DNA of 64,000 bases, taken from Chrysomallon squamiferum (taxonomy: Eukaryota > Animalia > Mollusca). A program made the translations under genes and the position numbers. The stretch is taken from contig CM022676.1 of the NCBI GenBank assembly GCA_012295275.1, positions 1,550,001-1,614,000 on the forward strand, written 5' to 3'. Shown piece by piece: positions 14,348-27,900 of the stretch. Under the pieces are notes generated by a model. The model searched no databases, was not told where the DNA came from, and worked only from the letters and a program-made list of their open reading frames with translations. Position 1 is the first letter of the stretch; each line of letters opens with the position of its first letter.

Positions 14348-15172
14348 AAATTCCCAATATAACTTACCTTTATTAGAAACATACAATAACATTTTACAAT
14401 TTAATTATTTTTAGCTTTAATTATCGTTTTTGGTTTATATTTCGTTGTTTATACTAATTTCCCCTTCATCCAGTACTTATTTTTATTTTTATTATTAAAA
14501 TTACCTCTCCCTTACGTTTCAACAATAAACAAAGCTCAGAAACTGCTTCAGTTACACTTTCTTATTTTTAGCTTTCATTATGTGAGTTTGGCTTATATGT
14601 CTTGTTTATAATTTAATTCTTCTTTTTCCGTCACTATTATAAATTATGTGTTGGAAATTCATGCGTGCATTTCATGAAAAAAGCAGACCGAAGCATTTAA
14701 CTTTTTGACATCACGTAATGAGTGCCAATTTCCGGTGTATCGCACGCGCAACAGAGCTTGTCAGCTGTCGAAATCTCGTGCGCTTCTCGCGCGTACCGGC
14801 ATGCCCAATAATTTAATCCTTTTAAGTGATTTCAAAGAAATTCTAAAAACTCTAATGTTATGAGAAGTTAATGAAACACAGGCTCGAGCCAGTTACCAGG
14901 ATGGCGCCCCTGGTATAGTTATTTCCAAAGTATGCTAGTTTTATGATCTGTGATAATTTACAAAATATGTAGAAATATCGTGTTAAAAATAATCAAATAT
15001 CATTACAAAATCAGTATTAGCTTTTTGTTTGTCTACATGTTTTGTTACCTGATTGTAAACAAACGCACTTACAAATACATTAACTGAAGAAAAAGAAGAA
15101 ACAATGATACATATATATAACAGCTACAGATGTAGTGAAATTCATATAAAGGGACAGCGATACCCACGTGCT

Positions 15173-15247
<75 letters not shown>

Positions 15248-17812
15248 GTAAGGAAATGGAAATTCGAGATCAGTGCGATTTTAAAGCATAAAATAATATA
15301 TTCAGGTATCATTAACCCCAGCAGGGCCTCTGTTCCAGTGTCATTTTAAGCGTTAGTATATAAAACACACGTGCCTTCAATTAGAGATGTGGAAATTTGA
15401 ATTTCTTACACATGACTTCCTGTTAAGATGTGTGAAAGACACAATATATCACAATCACACAAATTCGGGTTTAAATATCTTCATCTTCATTTAGTATCCA
15501 GCATATCTTCAGTGTTGTATCCTGAAGAACATCCAGTCTGTCTTCACTGTTGTATCCGGATTAAAATCCTGTTTAATTCCATTGTTGCATCCTAATTAAT
15601 ATGCATTTTGTTTTAATTAGTTGTTAAGTAACTTGTCTTCTTTTCTGTATCCTGACTGATATCCAACCTGTCCTCATCGTAGTCACGTTAATTCTACAGA
15701 ATTCATTATTTTCAGTTTGCACTGTATACACATAGTTTGTATACACATTCAGATTAGTTAGAATGAGGGACCTACGACGAATTACTGTTTGTGTGTCTGA
15801 ACATAAACATAATACATACACAAACAGCATGTATAACCCGAACATAAAAGCACATGCACATATACATATGTAAAGACATACACAGTAAGTTGGCTCACTC
15901 CACACAAAAACCTGTTACGAAACATACGCAGCACAGACACACAGAGAGAAGTACATCATAAACTAACCTTGTACAACCCACACAGGACAGCAAAAACCCT
16001 TATTCAAAAGCCGATTGTGGCAAAAACAACACTTCACTAATATTAGAAGAAAAAAAAGTAACATAATAATGAATGAATACATGAATGACTGAATGAACAA
16101 GAGCTTTTTGATTTAATTCGCAACACTGATGTAACAGTACCAGTCTTTATTTACGTCGCACACGGCGTCCTGCGCACCTCATTTAACTTAGCCAAATTTT
16201 ACTTTAAATATTACTTTTGAAGTAATTTTAGAAATAATTCAAAATGAGTTTTTGTCCGAATTCGGATAAATTATTTAGCTTTTGTCTTGCAGGCTTTTTT
16301 AAAATTTTCTACAAAAACTGCGCTGAGGAGATGGTCGATAACTGGTTTATTACTATTCCAAAAATTATTACATTTTCATCATCTACATTGGTATTATTAA
16401 TTTAAATTCCTTGATCTATATCATAAGTATATCTTATTGTTTTAGTATGACCAAATCATTAGATCATAATAAAATACTCTTGTACACATCAGTCAGCAGT
16501 ATTTATAGAGTTATTTCCCTTTAAAAAAAAATTAGCGTAATTAAATTTTAAAAATAATTTTAAAAAATAATTTAAAAAAAAAAAAAAGAAAAGAAACTAT
16601 TCCAGAATCCTTCTAGACCGGCAAATAATAATAATAATAATAATAAAAGCAGATACAGTTTACAAATTTTATCAAGTTTCCATTCTAATAACCAGTTCGT
16701 TTATATTTCAGTTTAATGTTATATTAGAATGTGTAAAGAATATAAATAATTCTTGTGACTTGTACTGTAATCAGCTGATTAAGTATTGTTTGGTCAGGTA
16801 GGAATTAACTAGTCTTCTTTAACTAGTCTTTTTTCACAAAAAAAAAAAAAAAAAAAAAAAAGCATGTATGACCTTGTCAGAAGTTAATACTATAAATTAT
16901 TTACCTACATTTTATAGTTTTGAAATAAAAGTAATTATTTAAACTGTTAATGAAACCTGTAAACAAATGTTCCATAAAAATGGATTACTTAACGACGTAT
17001 TCCGATAGTTCTGGTAATGACGTTATCGATATCTAAATAAATGGCGTTTTCTACAGCAATAATGGTTAATCTTTAAAACAAATGGTCTGATATGGAAAGA
17101 AACTGCTCAAACATTTATAAACATAGATGCAAACTAGGATAGGTCAGTCAGGATTAAAATAAATACATATGTATATTCAAAACGTTTTTACATAAATACA
17201 TTATGGCTGTTCATAATGAAAAGAATTGAAAATATAATGAATACATGTATATTAAACCTAAAACCTACTGAACACCTCGCTCATGAAGAGATATTAGTCA
17301 TATCGTTTATTGAGAAAAAAACTCAATAGTAATAAATAAACTTTATTGTAATCAACTGCTCTTACAATGATGATGATGATTATTATTTATTATTATTATT
17401 AAAATTATCATCATTGTTATTATTTATTTATTATTAATAGTATAATGTTTTTTTTTTTTTTTTTTTTTTATTATTATTATTATTATTTTTTTTTTTTTTA
17501 CTCCATAGCTATGATGCAGGGGATTTTGGGGTGCTTTTTGTTTTTTTTTTTTGCAGTATTGATATATATACAGATCAGAAATGAGGAGAAACTGGATGAG
17601 CCTGTGGCATGTGCCTACATTTCAGAAGGCCTACTCCTCTTAGTAAAGGCAAAGGCGTCCACTGGATAATCATTGTTATTATTATTATGTATTCTGTCTT
17701 GCTACTAGTCAATATTAACATCATATATATATATATATATAGAAATAACAATTCTTCTGTTGTGTTAGTCTAAAACTGGCGTTTGCTGGTAATTGTTTCA
17801 TTACCCTTTTGA

Positions 17813-17979
17813 TTATTTCTTGTCTTTTCCGTCACTCTTTCTCTCTGCGAGATTTGTATTCTTCCTACATACCCATTTAGAAAGATATAGTATAAAAACG
17901 AAACCTGAAGAGATGAAAAAAATTAAACCGAAACTTTGAATAAGCGACGAACCTGTTCCAGAAGAAAAAGCTTTGAAAT
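17813..17979 (-). CDS. Ig-like membrane protein exon 4 (TM and cytoplasmic tail)
   Basis: tctctccacag acceptor; NFKAFSSGTGSSLIQSFGLIFFISSGFVFILYLSKWVCRKNTNLAERKSDGKDKK*; an internal TGG|GTATGT donor could give a different tail. Confidence 0.75.
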
Positions 17980-19244
17980 CTGTGGAGAGAAATGAATGTT
18001 AAATTTAATATAGATGTTGTAAGTATTTGTTTCTGTTGTTCATGCGTGAGTGCGTGTTTTTGCCTCTCTAAAAAGTTATCTAAAAGTAATACTACAAATA
18101 TACAAGTCGTTAATTACTTTGTTAATACCTACTTTTGTAAGTATTGTTTTTGTTATACGTGTTGTTATAATTATTCATATCAGTTCTTTACACATTTTAT
18201 TTTATTTTTAATTATAGATTGTGCTCTAGCAAAGAGGTGAACTGTTATCCGAAGTAACAATCTATTAATGATGTATGCATACTTACTTCTAGCGTTTGTA
18301 ATACATTGAGATATGTAATTCTTCTTCCCAACTGAACACATCCAATATCCATGATCAACGACATCATTAAATTGTTCTATTATTACTGAAACCTGCGTTG
18401 ATGAATCAACATGACCGTGGTATCCTGGTACAAATGTCTGACAGACAGACGATAATAAATCGCACTGTACTACTTTGTAACCTCCAGGTTGCCAAATTAT
18501 GATGTCATATGTAACTTGTTTTCCTATTTGACAGATTACTTTCGATTTTCCACCATAAACCAAACATTTCATTTTCGTTGTCACTGGGTCGTCTAGTTTT
18601 CAAAATACAATACACAACATGAACAGTTATAATCAATAGAGCAATAACAAAAATAGTAACTATGTGAACCCACAAATAAATTCTTTCTAGAATTCACAGG
18701 CATTAACACTGAGAGATTAATTATCTACATGCCAGATATCTGTGTAGAAAACATAGACCCTAGCACTAACAGATCAAATATCTGTATAGAACTCATAGAT
18801 GTCAGCACTGACATGTATCTAAATAGAACTTAGACAGTGGCCCTGATCCGTCACATATCTGTAATAGAATCCACAGGCATAAGTGACACACCAGATAACT
18901 TTCTAGAACATGTAAACAATATTACTCAATATCTAGCACATCAGATATACATATGCAACACAAAGAATAGAACACAAAATATTTACATGTACAACACAGA
19001 GAACAGAACTAACACAAAATATATATATGTAGGCCTGTAATTCTTAGATAATAGCAGTCGTATCAGATATATATATATATATATATAAATAGAAATCATA
19101 GACATCAGGTATACATGTAGAATTCATAATACAACTGCATTAAATCACCAGATATGTATATGTATATATATATATATATATATATAATAAATACAAATAT
19201 ACACCAGATATCTATATTTCAAAAGTACTAACACTTAGTATATA

Positions 19245-19280
<36 letters not shown>

Positions 19281-19944
19281 TGGATCTCTTATACGATCTC
19301 AATTACACATCAGAATCTACCAGAATTAACAGACAACGGCATTAATACTCTGAATATCTATATATATATGTCTTGCATTGATACATTAGGTATCTATGAA
19401 CACAGACAATATCACAATATTCAAATGTAAAAACAATAATACTGACAGTACTATATAGAAATAATAGTATTCAGAGAACAGATACAATACTTTAGACGCC
19501 TGGCATTTTCAATTGGGTAATTTTTTTTTAAATTGATTTCATGATAAACTTACTCTTATTAATCAAACTAAAAGTGTTGCTGACTACCGCGTTCTTTTGT
19601 ACGAAACAACGCCAGTCTGTGAAATGTTTGTCTTTTAGATTATTGATGATAAGATTGTATGTTTTATTTCGTTTGGAATTGCTATTTGTCCCTTCGGCAC
19701 ATTCTGCTTGAAATCCTAACGGTACTGGCTCAATTCTGTTACAGCCATTTCCATCCTGCAACATTTCCACAACACTCCCAGGATATGTTTTCGCATAAAA
19801 GAAAACAGTGTCGTAAACGTTGGAAAAATTAAGTACAGTGCAGCTTAACGTAAATTTTGTGTTCATTACACCCGCCGACGACGAACCATACATAACAAGT
19901 GAAACACCTTAAAAAATAAAAATAATAAATTAAAAATAAAAATA

Positions 19945-20019
<75 letters not shown>

Positions 20020-20999
20020 GCGGTGTAGGGCGATAAGTTAAGAAGTTTATTTTTTTTTTATTATTCCATTATTTATAATTCCCTACATATGTATATGTGG
20101 TTTATTCCCGATTCTGGCATTCCCGAATCTGGCAGTGAGATTATAACACATCTTAATTGGACACGGCAGTTGTTCCATTTCTGGCATTTTATTTGTCACC
20201 CTTACTAATTGGTGTTCCGTCACCTTAATTGATGTACTTTTGTTAAACTGTATTTTGTCCACAATTTGTAGGACAATCAGTCACACTCTACGCAAGAAAT
20301 GTTCCAGTTTGCGGGACCTTTTTCGCTCTCTGTCGGTACAAGCTGGATTTGATGTCCTCAAACATACTCAGCTTGGAAACTATGTCCTGTGGTCTTGCGT
20401 CTCCATACCCGGTCAACAACTTCTTCCTCTCCTCGTCATATATGTTTGGGATACTGGTCAGCTCCTCCCGTGCTCGCTTCCGCATGGTGTTGGTCAGTAG
20501 GTGGACAGCAACTTCGCTGTCATCCGACGAATAGATGTGGTCTTTACCTCTACTGACCACAGTCCCATCCGGTGTAGCAGTCACGGTGGCAAAGCACCTC
20601 GAATACAAACATCTCCATGGTACCGTACCATTCTTGTTACTAATCCGCCGTGCATACCTATATCCATCAAGTACGAGGTCCGCACCTGGTTTTCAGCCGT
20701 CCAAAATTTCTCCCTTCGCAGCCATGATCAAACATAACAAACATCATGACTGTACAGTATTTATATAGGTAGTATTTCCTGTCTTCACTGCTCATTAAAT
20801 TTAATCTCGTTAATCGTCCCCTCTGTTCTTCGTGCCTTTAAATTGGCCTTAATTGGTCACGCCAGTTTTCCGATTTCTGGAAGCGGATTATAACACCTCA
20901 CCAATTACATAATCTGGAGACTGCCAGTTTTGGGAACATACCGTATATGTGTGTTCTATGCGGGCACGCGGGCGTATGTTATTTGTTTTTGTTATTATT

Positions 21000-21086
<87 letters not shown>

Positions 21087-21266
21087 ATTTATTTTAATTA
21101 CTATTGTTCAAAACTATTATTACTATTATTATTAATATTTTTAAGTAGATGCAAGCTGAATTTTAGTAGTGTCACAGGTTATTAGAAAGTGACGTAACTA
21201 ACCTGAACTCAGGTCAACTGTAATGAAAACTGTCATCAGAAGCACGTTTCCCTCCCACACCATCAT
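17813..21266 (-). CDS. Uncharacterised type-I membrane protein with signal peptide, two Ig-like domains, TM helix and short basic tail (296 aa)
   Basis: Exons 21203-21266 (MMVWEGNVLLMTVFITVDLSS), 19554-19907, 18287-18592, 17813-17979; all three introns phase 1 (typical one-domain-per-exon IgSF layout); total 891 nt ending in TAA. Ig-like FTLSC...YNLII...HFTDWRC and KVIC...IIIW...DHGYWMC; hydrophobic FGLIFFISSGFVFILYL followed by SKWVCRK. Confidence 0.82.
18287..18592 (-). CDS. Ig-like membrane protein exon 3 (Ig-like domain 2)
   Basis: ctag acceptor, A|GTAAGT donor, 306 nt, phase 1-1. Confidence 0.85.
19554..19907 (-). CDS. Ig-like membrane protein exon 2 (Ig-like domain 1)
   Basis: tttttaag acceptor, A|GTAAGT donor, 354 nt, phase 1-1. 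Confidence 0.85.
20099..20942 (-). mobile_element. Non-autonomous Mutator-like (MULE) element with a FLYWCH transposase N-terminal remnant, in intron 1 of the Ig-like gene
   Basis: Imperfect TIRs GGTTTATTCCC / GGTATGTTCCC; 8-bp TSD GTATATGT at 20091-20098 and 20943-20950; minus frame from ATG 20725 gives LVLDGYRY...WRCLYSRC...H with one in-frame TGA; DDE region absent. Confidence 0.85.
21001..21086. repeat. (TTG)n microsatellite
   Basis: Pure trinucleotide run; source of the poly-L and poly-V ORFs. Confidence 0.95.
21203..21266 (-). CDS. Ig-like membrane protein exon 1 (signal peptide)
   Basis: ATG at 21266, 64 nt, donor CAG|GTTAGT, phase 1 matches exon 2. Confidence 0.7.
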
Positions 21267-22326
21267 TAATCTTCTCTTTTAAACGAACATCTCAAGAAAA
21301 AAAAAAATAAAAAATAACGGTTTAGGGCTAGGCACTGCAGAATAATTATAACGAGTATTTACTACGAATTGTGCTTTCTGGCAGTTCGAGTATTCAGAAA
21401 GGTCAAATAAAATGTCTAACCTCACATCACATTTTGATTTACGAACATTGACCGATACTACTACTATTATTATTATTATTTCAATTATTAAATAAATAAA
21501 TTAACAAATAACCTACACAAAAAACATTATTAAATATCTCTTCTGAGTCAAAAAGAACTAAAAGCCTAGCACTAGACTATTACATACAGATTTATTAAAA
21601 TAACGTGAATTGAATTACAGTGAATATAATGCCTCAAAAATTACTTTTCAACATTTTAAAAATTACCATTTATTAATAATTTTTTAATTTTACCCTTTAA
21701 TTTTTTCATTCTCTTTTTAGTTCAGTTACGAAGTATTTTGTTATTTAAGCAAATATATGAAATCAGCTAAACGTTTACCACAAAAATCAAAGTTTGTGTT
21801 CTTGTGATCCGGAAGCTAAATATGAAATCGAGGTACTGACGCAAAATGAATAATAATAATAATAATAATAATAATAGGTTTACAACTTTTTCGAACTAGT
21901 AATTATATTACTAATACATTATTTATGTATAAATATTTTAATGAAAATGTCATAAACGAGATTAAAATTGTATTAAATAAGATCAGTATTTTTATAATAA
22001 TAATAATAATAATAATAATGTCAACAGTAATATAACACGCACGCACAAACGCAAATTATGTTTATTTTACAGGTAGAAAAATATTGTGCAAGGGAATTAA
22101 CTCTAAAAGTACTGGTGACAGACGTCAAAAATAATGGTAATGTTAAGTAAGTTTGTCACAATATTTGTTAATGATAAATGGAAGAAAATTCAAATAATAT
22201 GGAGACTGTTGAAAACCTTTTAATATCTAAAATGGTAATTAGAGATTAGAATTAAATTAAAATATATTATTTTTGGTACGGTCTGGTCTTTCGTCTCACA
22301 TATTTAAAATAATAATAATACTTTTT

Positions 22327-22364
<38 letters not shown>

Positions 22365-22560
22365 TGACAAACTCCCATTTGCAGCATTGTTTTGCTCTCA
22401 TTCGTCATTAAAATGTATGAAATTTACTATTTTTGCTCTGTACCAACCATCATTTTATTGTATTTTAATTTAATTTTATTAATTTATATTATTTTGTTTT
22501 ATAAAGAAGATAAAAAAAATGAAGAAATAATTAAAAGAGAATAAATTTATATTATTTTAG

Positions 22561-22650
22561 AGTTTGCAGCTAAAACAAGTGAGAGAAAATTACAACTTGC
22601 TGTTGAAAGAATGGATGAAATTCCAGAACATAATGAAGACTGAAGACAAG
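22561..22650 (+). CDS. HSF2BP: HSF2BP 5' exon (probably coding; first in-frame Met internal or in an upstream exon)
   Basis: ttttag|SLQLKQVRENYNLLLKEWMKFQNIMKTEDK|GT; open and in frame with the next exon. Confidence 0.65.
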
Positions 22651-24957
22651 GTTTTCTTTTTGTTTCCTTTTTCTTTCTTAACTTTTTTAATTTAAAATTT
22701 AATATTTAAAACACTGCTATTAGATTATTATTATTATTCTTTTCAACATTTTAACATTATAATTAATTAATTTAAGACTATTTTATTTCAATATTTTTAT
22801 ATACAGTTAATTAATATGATAATATTAATAAATACATTATTTAATAATTGAATTAAAAATGAGATGATTCGTTTACTTAGATATCAAACAACTTCATCAT
22901 GGTAAACAAAAGTCAGCTATCACAACTTGTTACAGAAACATCACAACTGAAATTAAATCTTTCTGAAGTTTTAAACAACAATTATGTAGCTGCCATCACT
23001 CAACTTTCAGAAAAGGAAGAAGGTTAGAGTATTTTATTTAAATAATTTTGTTCTTGTTGTTCTTTTTCTTAATCAGCATTTTTTATTTACTAAATGACTG
23101 GTTTAACTTTAAATGAATGTATGGAATAAAAATATTAAATTTGTTTAGATAATTTCATAATATAATTTTTTATTTATTTATTAATGATTTTTTTTTTTTT
23201 TAATATTTTAATTAATAAATATAATTTATTTATTTTATTCATTTTTTTTTTTCTTTTGTTGAAATATAAAAGAAAAGACAACTTTATTTGTTTGCATTTT
23301 GTCTGATATTTATTTACTTTTTATTTTTACTAGTTAAACCATTTCTAAACTTGCAGATGAAGATACAAAGAATGTTGAAAATTTAAGAATAAAATTTTTG
23401 ATTTATTGTTTTCAGAAGTGAAAGCTTTAAAAGAAAGAAATAAACAACTAGAAGTAGAAAATGAAATGCTGAAGTCCCAATTTGATGTATCTGTCACAGA
23501 CTGTCAGAGAGAGAAAAAGGTTTTCTTCAAATATTTTACTCACTACTTTAATTATAATGTTTGCTTTGACGTTTTAAATATACACAGAATGGAATCCACT
23601 TTACAAAAATATTTTATTGCATTTGAACTATTATTAAAATTAGTAAAAAAATGATATTACAGCATTTGCATTATCAAGATTGACTATTATAGTGAATAGT
23701 CATATCCTATTAAGCTATGCAGTAAAATGAGTTAGTTAAAAGCAATTAAAAAATAGTTGTTTGCTTGTAAAGTTATTAAATAGTATCAAACTTAGTTATT
23801 AAGAGATTCACCTAATTCTGAGGATGTGCATAAAAAATGTTTTTGAAAGGAAAATCTTCAGCTCCGTTGTGATATTCAGGAAATATCAGCAGAGTTGACA
23901 CAGCAGTGTGAGTTCTGTTCCAGTCTGGGGTCAGCAGTCTGCACACTGCTCTGGAGAGTTTCCAGGTGTGAGGACAGTATAGAGACTATGCTTGCTGGGG
24001 TATTTCATTATTTTTACAGGTTTTTGACATAAAAGAATTCATTCACAACATTCAGACTTAATTGTCATACTTAATTAATTAATTTAGTTATAGAAATGTG
24101 TGAGATATATCTGTAGAAAATATATTGTGAAACACTGACTGTTAAAACATTATTCACACATTATAGACATGCTTAAATACAAATAATATTATGATAAAAA
24201 AGTCTTTGTGTGTTAATAGAAAAATAAATGTATTAATTCAGGTCTAGATATTCCAGATATATTTATACAAATTATAATTATTTGAACAATTCATTAAGAA
24301 TTAAAAAATATATTAATTCAGATGTAGACATTTTTCTGATTATATTATCAGAAATTGTTATGATAAATTCACTCTGTGTTAATAGCATAAAGTAGTTTAG
24401 AAATATTTACATTTTCAGTCAAAGGTGGATGAGTTTCTGGGTATTGTAAGCAGCACATTGCAGAGTTACATTTCTGCTTACAAAGACGACTGGCCCCAGC
24501 AAGAGAGTGAAGAACTCAACTTTATCCTGGCTCTGAGTGGAGTAATAACCAGTAAGTGTTCATCCTCAGCTTTATCAAACCCAGCAGTTTATTAATATGA
24601 AATAAACATGTATGCTTATTTCAGTATTTTTATATTTTGAAATATAAATAAAAATTAATTTTCAAACTGTGTCTGCTGTTAGTAGTACATAAACCAGATA
24701 CACATCTTGAATATATATCTGTTTTCTCACAAACTTCAGATATACAAGTTTTGAAGATAGTTCCTAGATTTCTTTAATTCATTTTTATCATTTTTATCAT
24801 AAATGAACTTAGGTTAGTAACATAAACTTTTCAAATAAAACTTGCGGTATATGTATCGCATCTTATAATGAATTTAATACAAATAAAGCGATATATCTAT
24901 AAATCTCTATATCTCTATCTTTATTTCTCTGTCTATCTATCTATCTATCTATCTCCA

Positions 24958-24988
<31 letters not shown>

Positions 24989-27900
24989 GTATATGTTTGT
25001 GTGACAAAACTTTTATATTTATTTCATAGATGTGGCAGCTTCTGCATATGGTCGTGATTTCTTAGTTAGAAGAGAAAATGGCCATCATATTATAGATACA
25101 TTTGTGTCTTTCCTAGCAGACGCACCATTAAGAAAAAGTGCAAGACTAAAAAAGTTAGTTAACATAATCATACAAACTCACACAAAGATGTACACATTAT
25201 CAACAAACTGAAAAGTAATATTCATAAATACTAGAATATTTTTTAATAACTATTAAAATTTAAATAGTTATTAATAATAATTTGTATGGATCATGTAAGG
25301 AAATAAATAATTATTATTTGTTCATATCAATAAAATGAATGCATTTAAATTTGAGAAAGGGTGAATATGAAGAAAAATTGTTTTAGTATCCAAATAGTAA
25401 TTCTGTTATTCATCTATGGTAAATACATTTTGTTAGTATTATTATATGTCATAATCATTTTATTAGTGATGTGCACTGATCATTCAGGATAACATTCAAG
25501 TAAACACAATTTATGTTAATTCACTATTTAGCTTTCACCAATATTTGTTTATATTTGCATTTATTATGTTATCTACTGCTTCCCTTATCTAACACCATAT
25601 AAATAATGCAATACTAGTTACGTTATTTTTATCAAATTTAAACTGCTGTGAAGTGTGTGCACAGTTTTAAATATTATCCTGTATCTATTTATTAATCTGG
25701 GAAAAAAAACCAAGATAAAAATATTTTTTTGAGAATGATAATTTTCTACACATTGGCTTTATCATGTTTAGATGTAAAAAGGATGATATGATTATTTAGT
25801 TTTCAAAATATATTTTGCAACCGATTTTGTGTTACATTGTCAATCATATATATGTCTAGCTCTCAAGTCGTATAAAATTTGAATTTAGTTTTGCTTAAAT
25901 ATATCCCAATAAAAAGATATCCAGTGATATCAAATCAGGTGAAGTCAATTCTGTATAAAACAAATAAACCTAAAAATATTTGAAAAATAATATTAACTAT
26001 ACATTTTTTTTTTAGAATGATGAAAAAAACCTAACAGGGTGTACTTATAAATATTTTTTAGAAAAGTAAGTCTACTGTTTAAGGCTCTAGAGATATAAAT
26101 ATATAAAACTGCAGACACTTTTGGATACTCTGTAGTATTTTACTAACACAAAAGTTGTTTTCAACTGCAGTTTGCTGTTGATGACGTTGTACAATTTAAG
26201 TATTAACCAAAAAGGCCAAAAATACATTTGTTCAAAACAAGGCATTATGGGATTGCTATCATGGCATCTTCAAGGTGAGTATCAGAAAAGTTATCATAAA
26301 CATTCAATGAAAATCATTGTAAAATAGTTTCTTTCTTTTTTCTTCTAATTATCAATTATTTTTGATAAATATCCTCAATGTTGTATACATCTTGTGATAC
26401 CAGATTTATTCATCTCAATATACTAATTTATAATCCAAGACATTTCTCATCTGAAACCTTACATTGATGGGATAAAAAAGTTAATATTTTATAAGGCTAT
26501 CACACATTAAGTGGGACAGATTTAAATACCTAATCAGTGAGAAACTGTAGATGTCCTGACTGCAAAATATTCATAAAGTGGATCTAATTTTTTTATTTTA
26601 CTTGTTGTTAGTCTAATTATGTCAGAAATAATTAAATATAAATTATACTAAAACAAAAAGCTATTCTCAGAGAATCCCTACATATTATGACGCCACTTAA
26701 AATTTAATCTGCACCATTTTGAACTGTAAAATGATTTACCGTATATACTTGTGTGCAAGGCGACCCAATGTTTAAGTCGATGTGTATTTTAAGACCAAAA
26801 ATTGCGTCATTTTAGGTATTACTTGTGTATAAGTCGACTGTAGATTCCAGGCACCGTCACTATTTTTAGACCAGTGTGACAGTGCCATGAAGGCCTACAT
26901 TGTACGCCTACTGTAACATAACTTGCACGAGCTGTAACTTGCACGAACATACCATAATAACGTAAATGCATGTATTACACGAGCTATAGCCTAAATGTAT
27001 CATAAATAGTATATCTTTAATGTAATAGGTCTAACATGGAAACCTAACTTACCGTTATATTTAGCTGTTCTATGATTTACAAAATTTGTCGGTAGAGGAT
27101 ATTAATGACGATTGCAATATTATTTCACCAAATTCTTTACAATTAAACAAGTGAGTTTTGTTTATGAAATTAGGACTGATATTTAGTGAATTTGGCAGAG
27201 AAGTCTGCATTCCTAGATCATTGCAAGACGCCGTACTGACGGTTTTCTCGCTTTAAAATGTATTTTTATGTCATTAAACGGAAGAATATCATGTTTTACC
27301 TTCATATTTGGTTTTGTTATTTAATTTTTCAAAATTTTTTATACGATAAAATTATATTTTTGAAAAGCTGAAAGACCGCGATTATTTTAGATGCATCCCG
27401 TAGCAAAAAATAGTCAAAATGGCGACTCTTCAGCAACAGCTACAAAAGCATTACCTATGTATAAGTCGACCCCCAAAATATTACCTTAATATAGTCTCCC
27501 AAAAATTCGACTTATACACAAGTATATATGGTAAGTAATTTTTACAAATATTATTTTAATAAATTCTGACCAAATGGATATTGTATTAAGACTTTTTCAT
27601 AGCTTTAATCTAACCCATCATATTTTCTAAAAGACTAGTCTTTATTTCTTACAGTTTTGCCTGATATATTAAACTTTTCTTTATACTGTAGAGGAGACGG
27701 ATGAAGAAAATCAGCTGAACACACTGCGAGTTCTTCAGTCTCTTGTTTCAGATGACCACAATTTGTCTGTGCTTCTTCAGCTTAATGAAGTGGTAAATTC
27801 TTAATTTTTTTTATTATTTTACGATCTTTATAATTAATGGTACAATCACTCAAAATAAAATATTAATTTTGTTTTTTGTTTTTTACATATTTTCATAAAT

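Noticed and set aside
18690-19500. ORFs and periodic cagatat/tagaa motifs in intron 2 of the Ig-like gene
   Set aside because: Old degenerate tandem repeat; exons 2 and 3 already join in frame without it.
20947-21185. Poly-L and poly-V 'membrane protein' ORFs
   Set aside because: (TTG)n microsatellite.
22073-22150. Apparent HSF2BP exon after ttttacag
   Set aside because: Contains aagggaattaactct, which also appears inverted near 16490-16522 and looks like a repeat remnant; no HSF2BP similarity.
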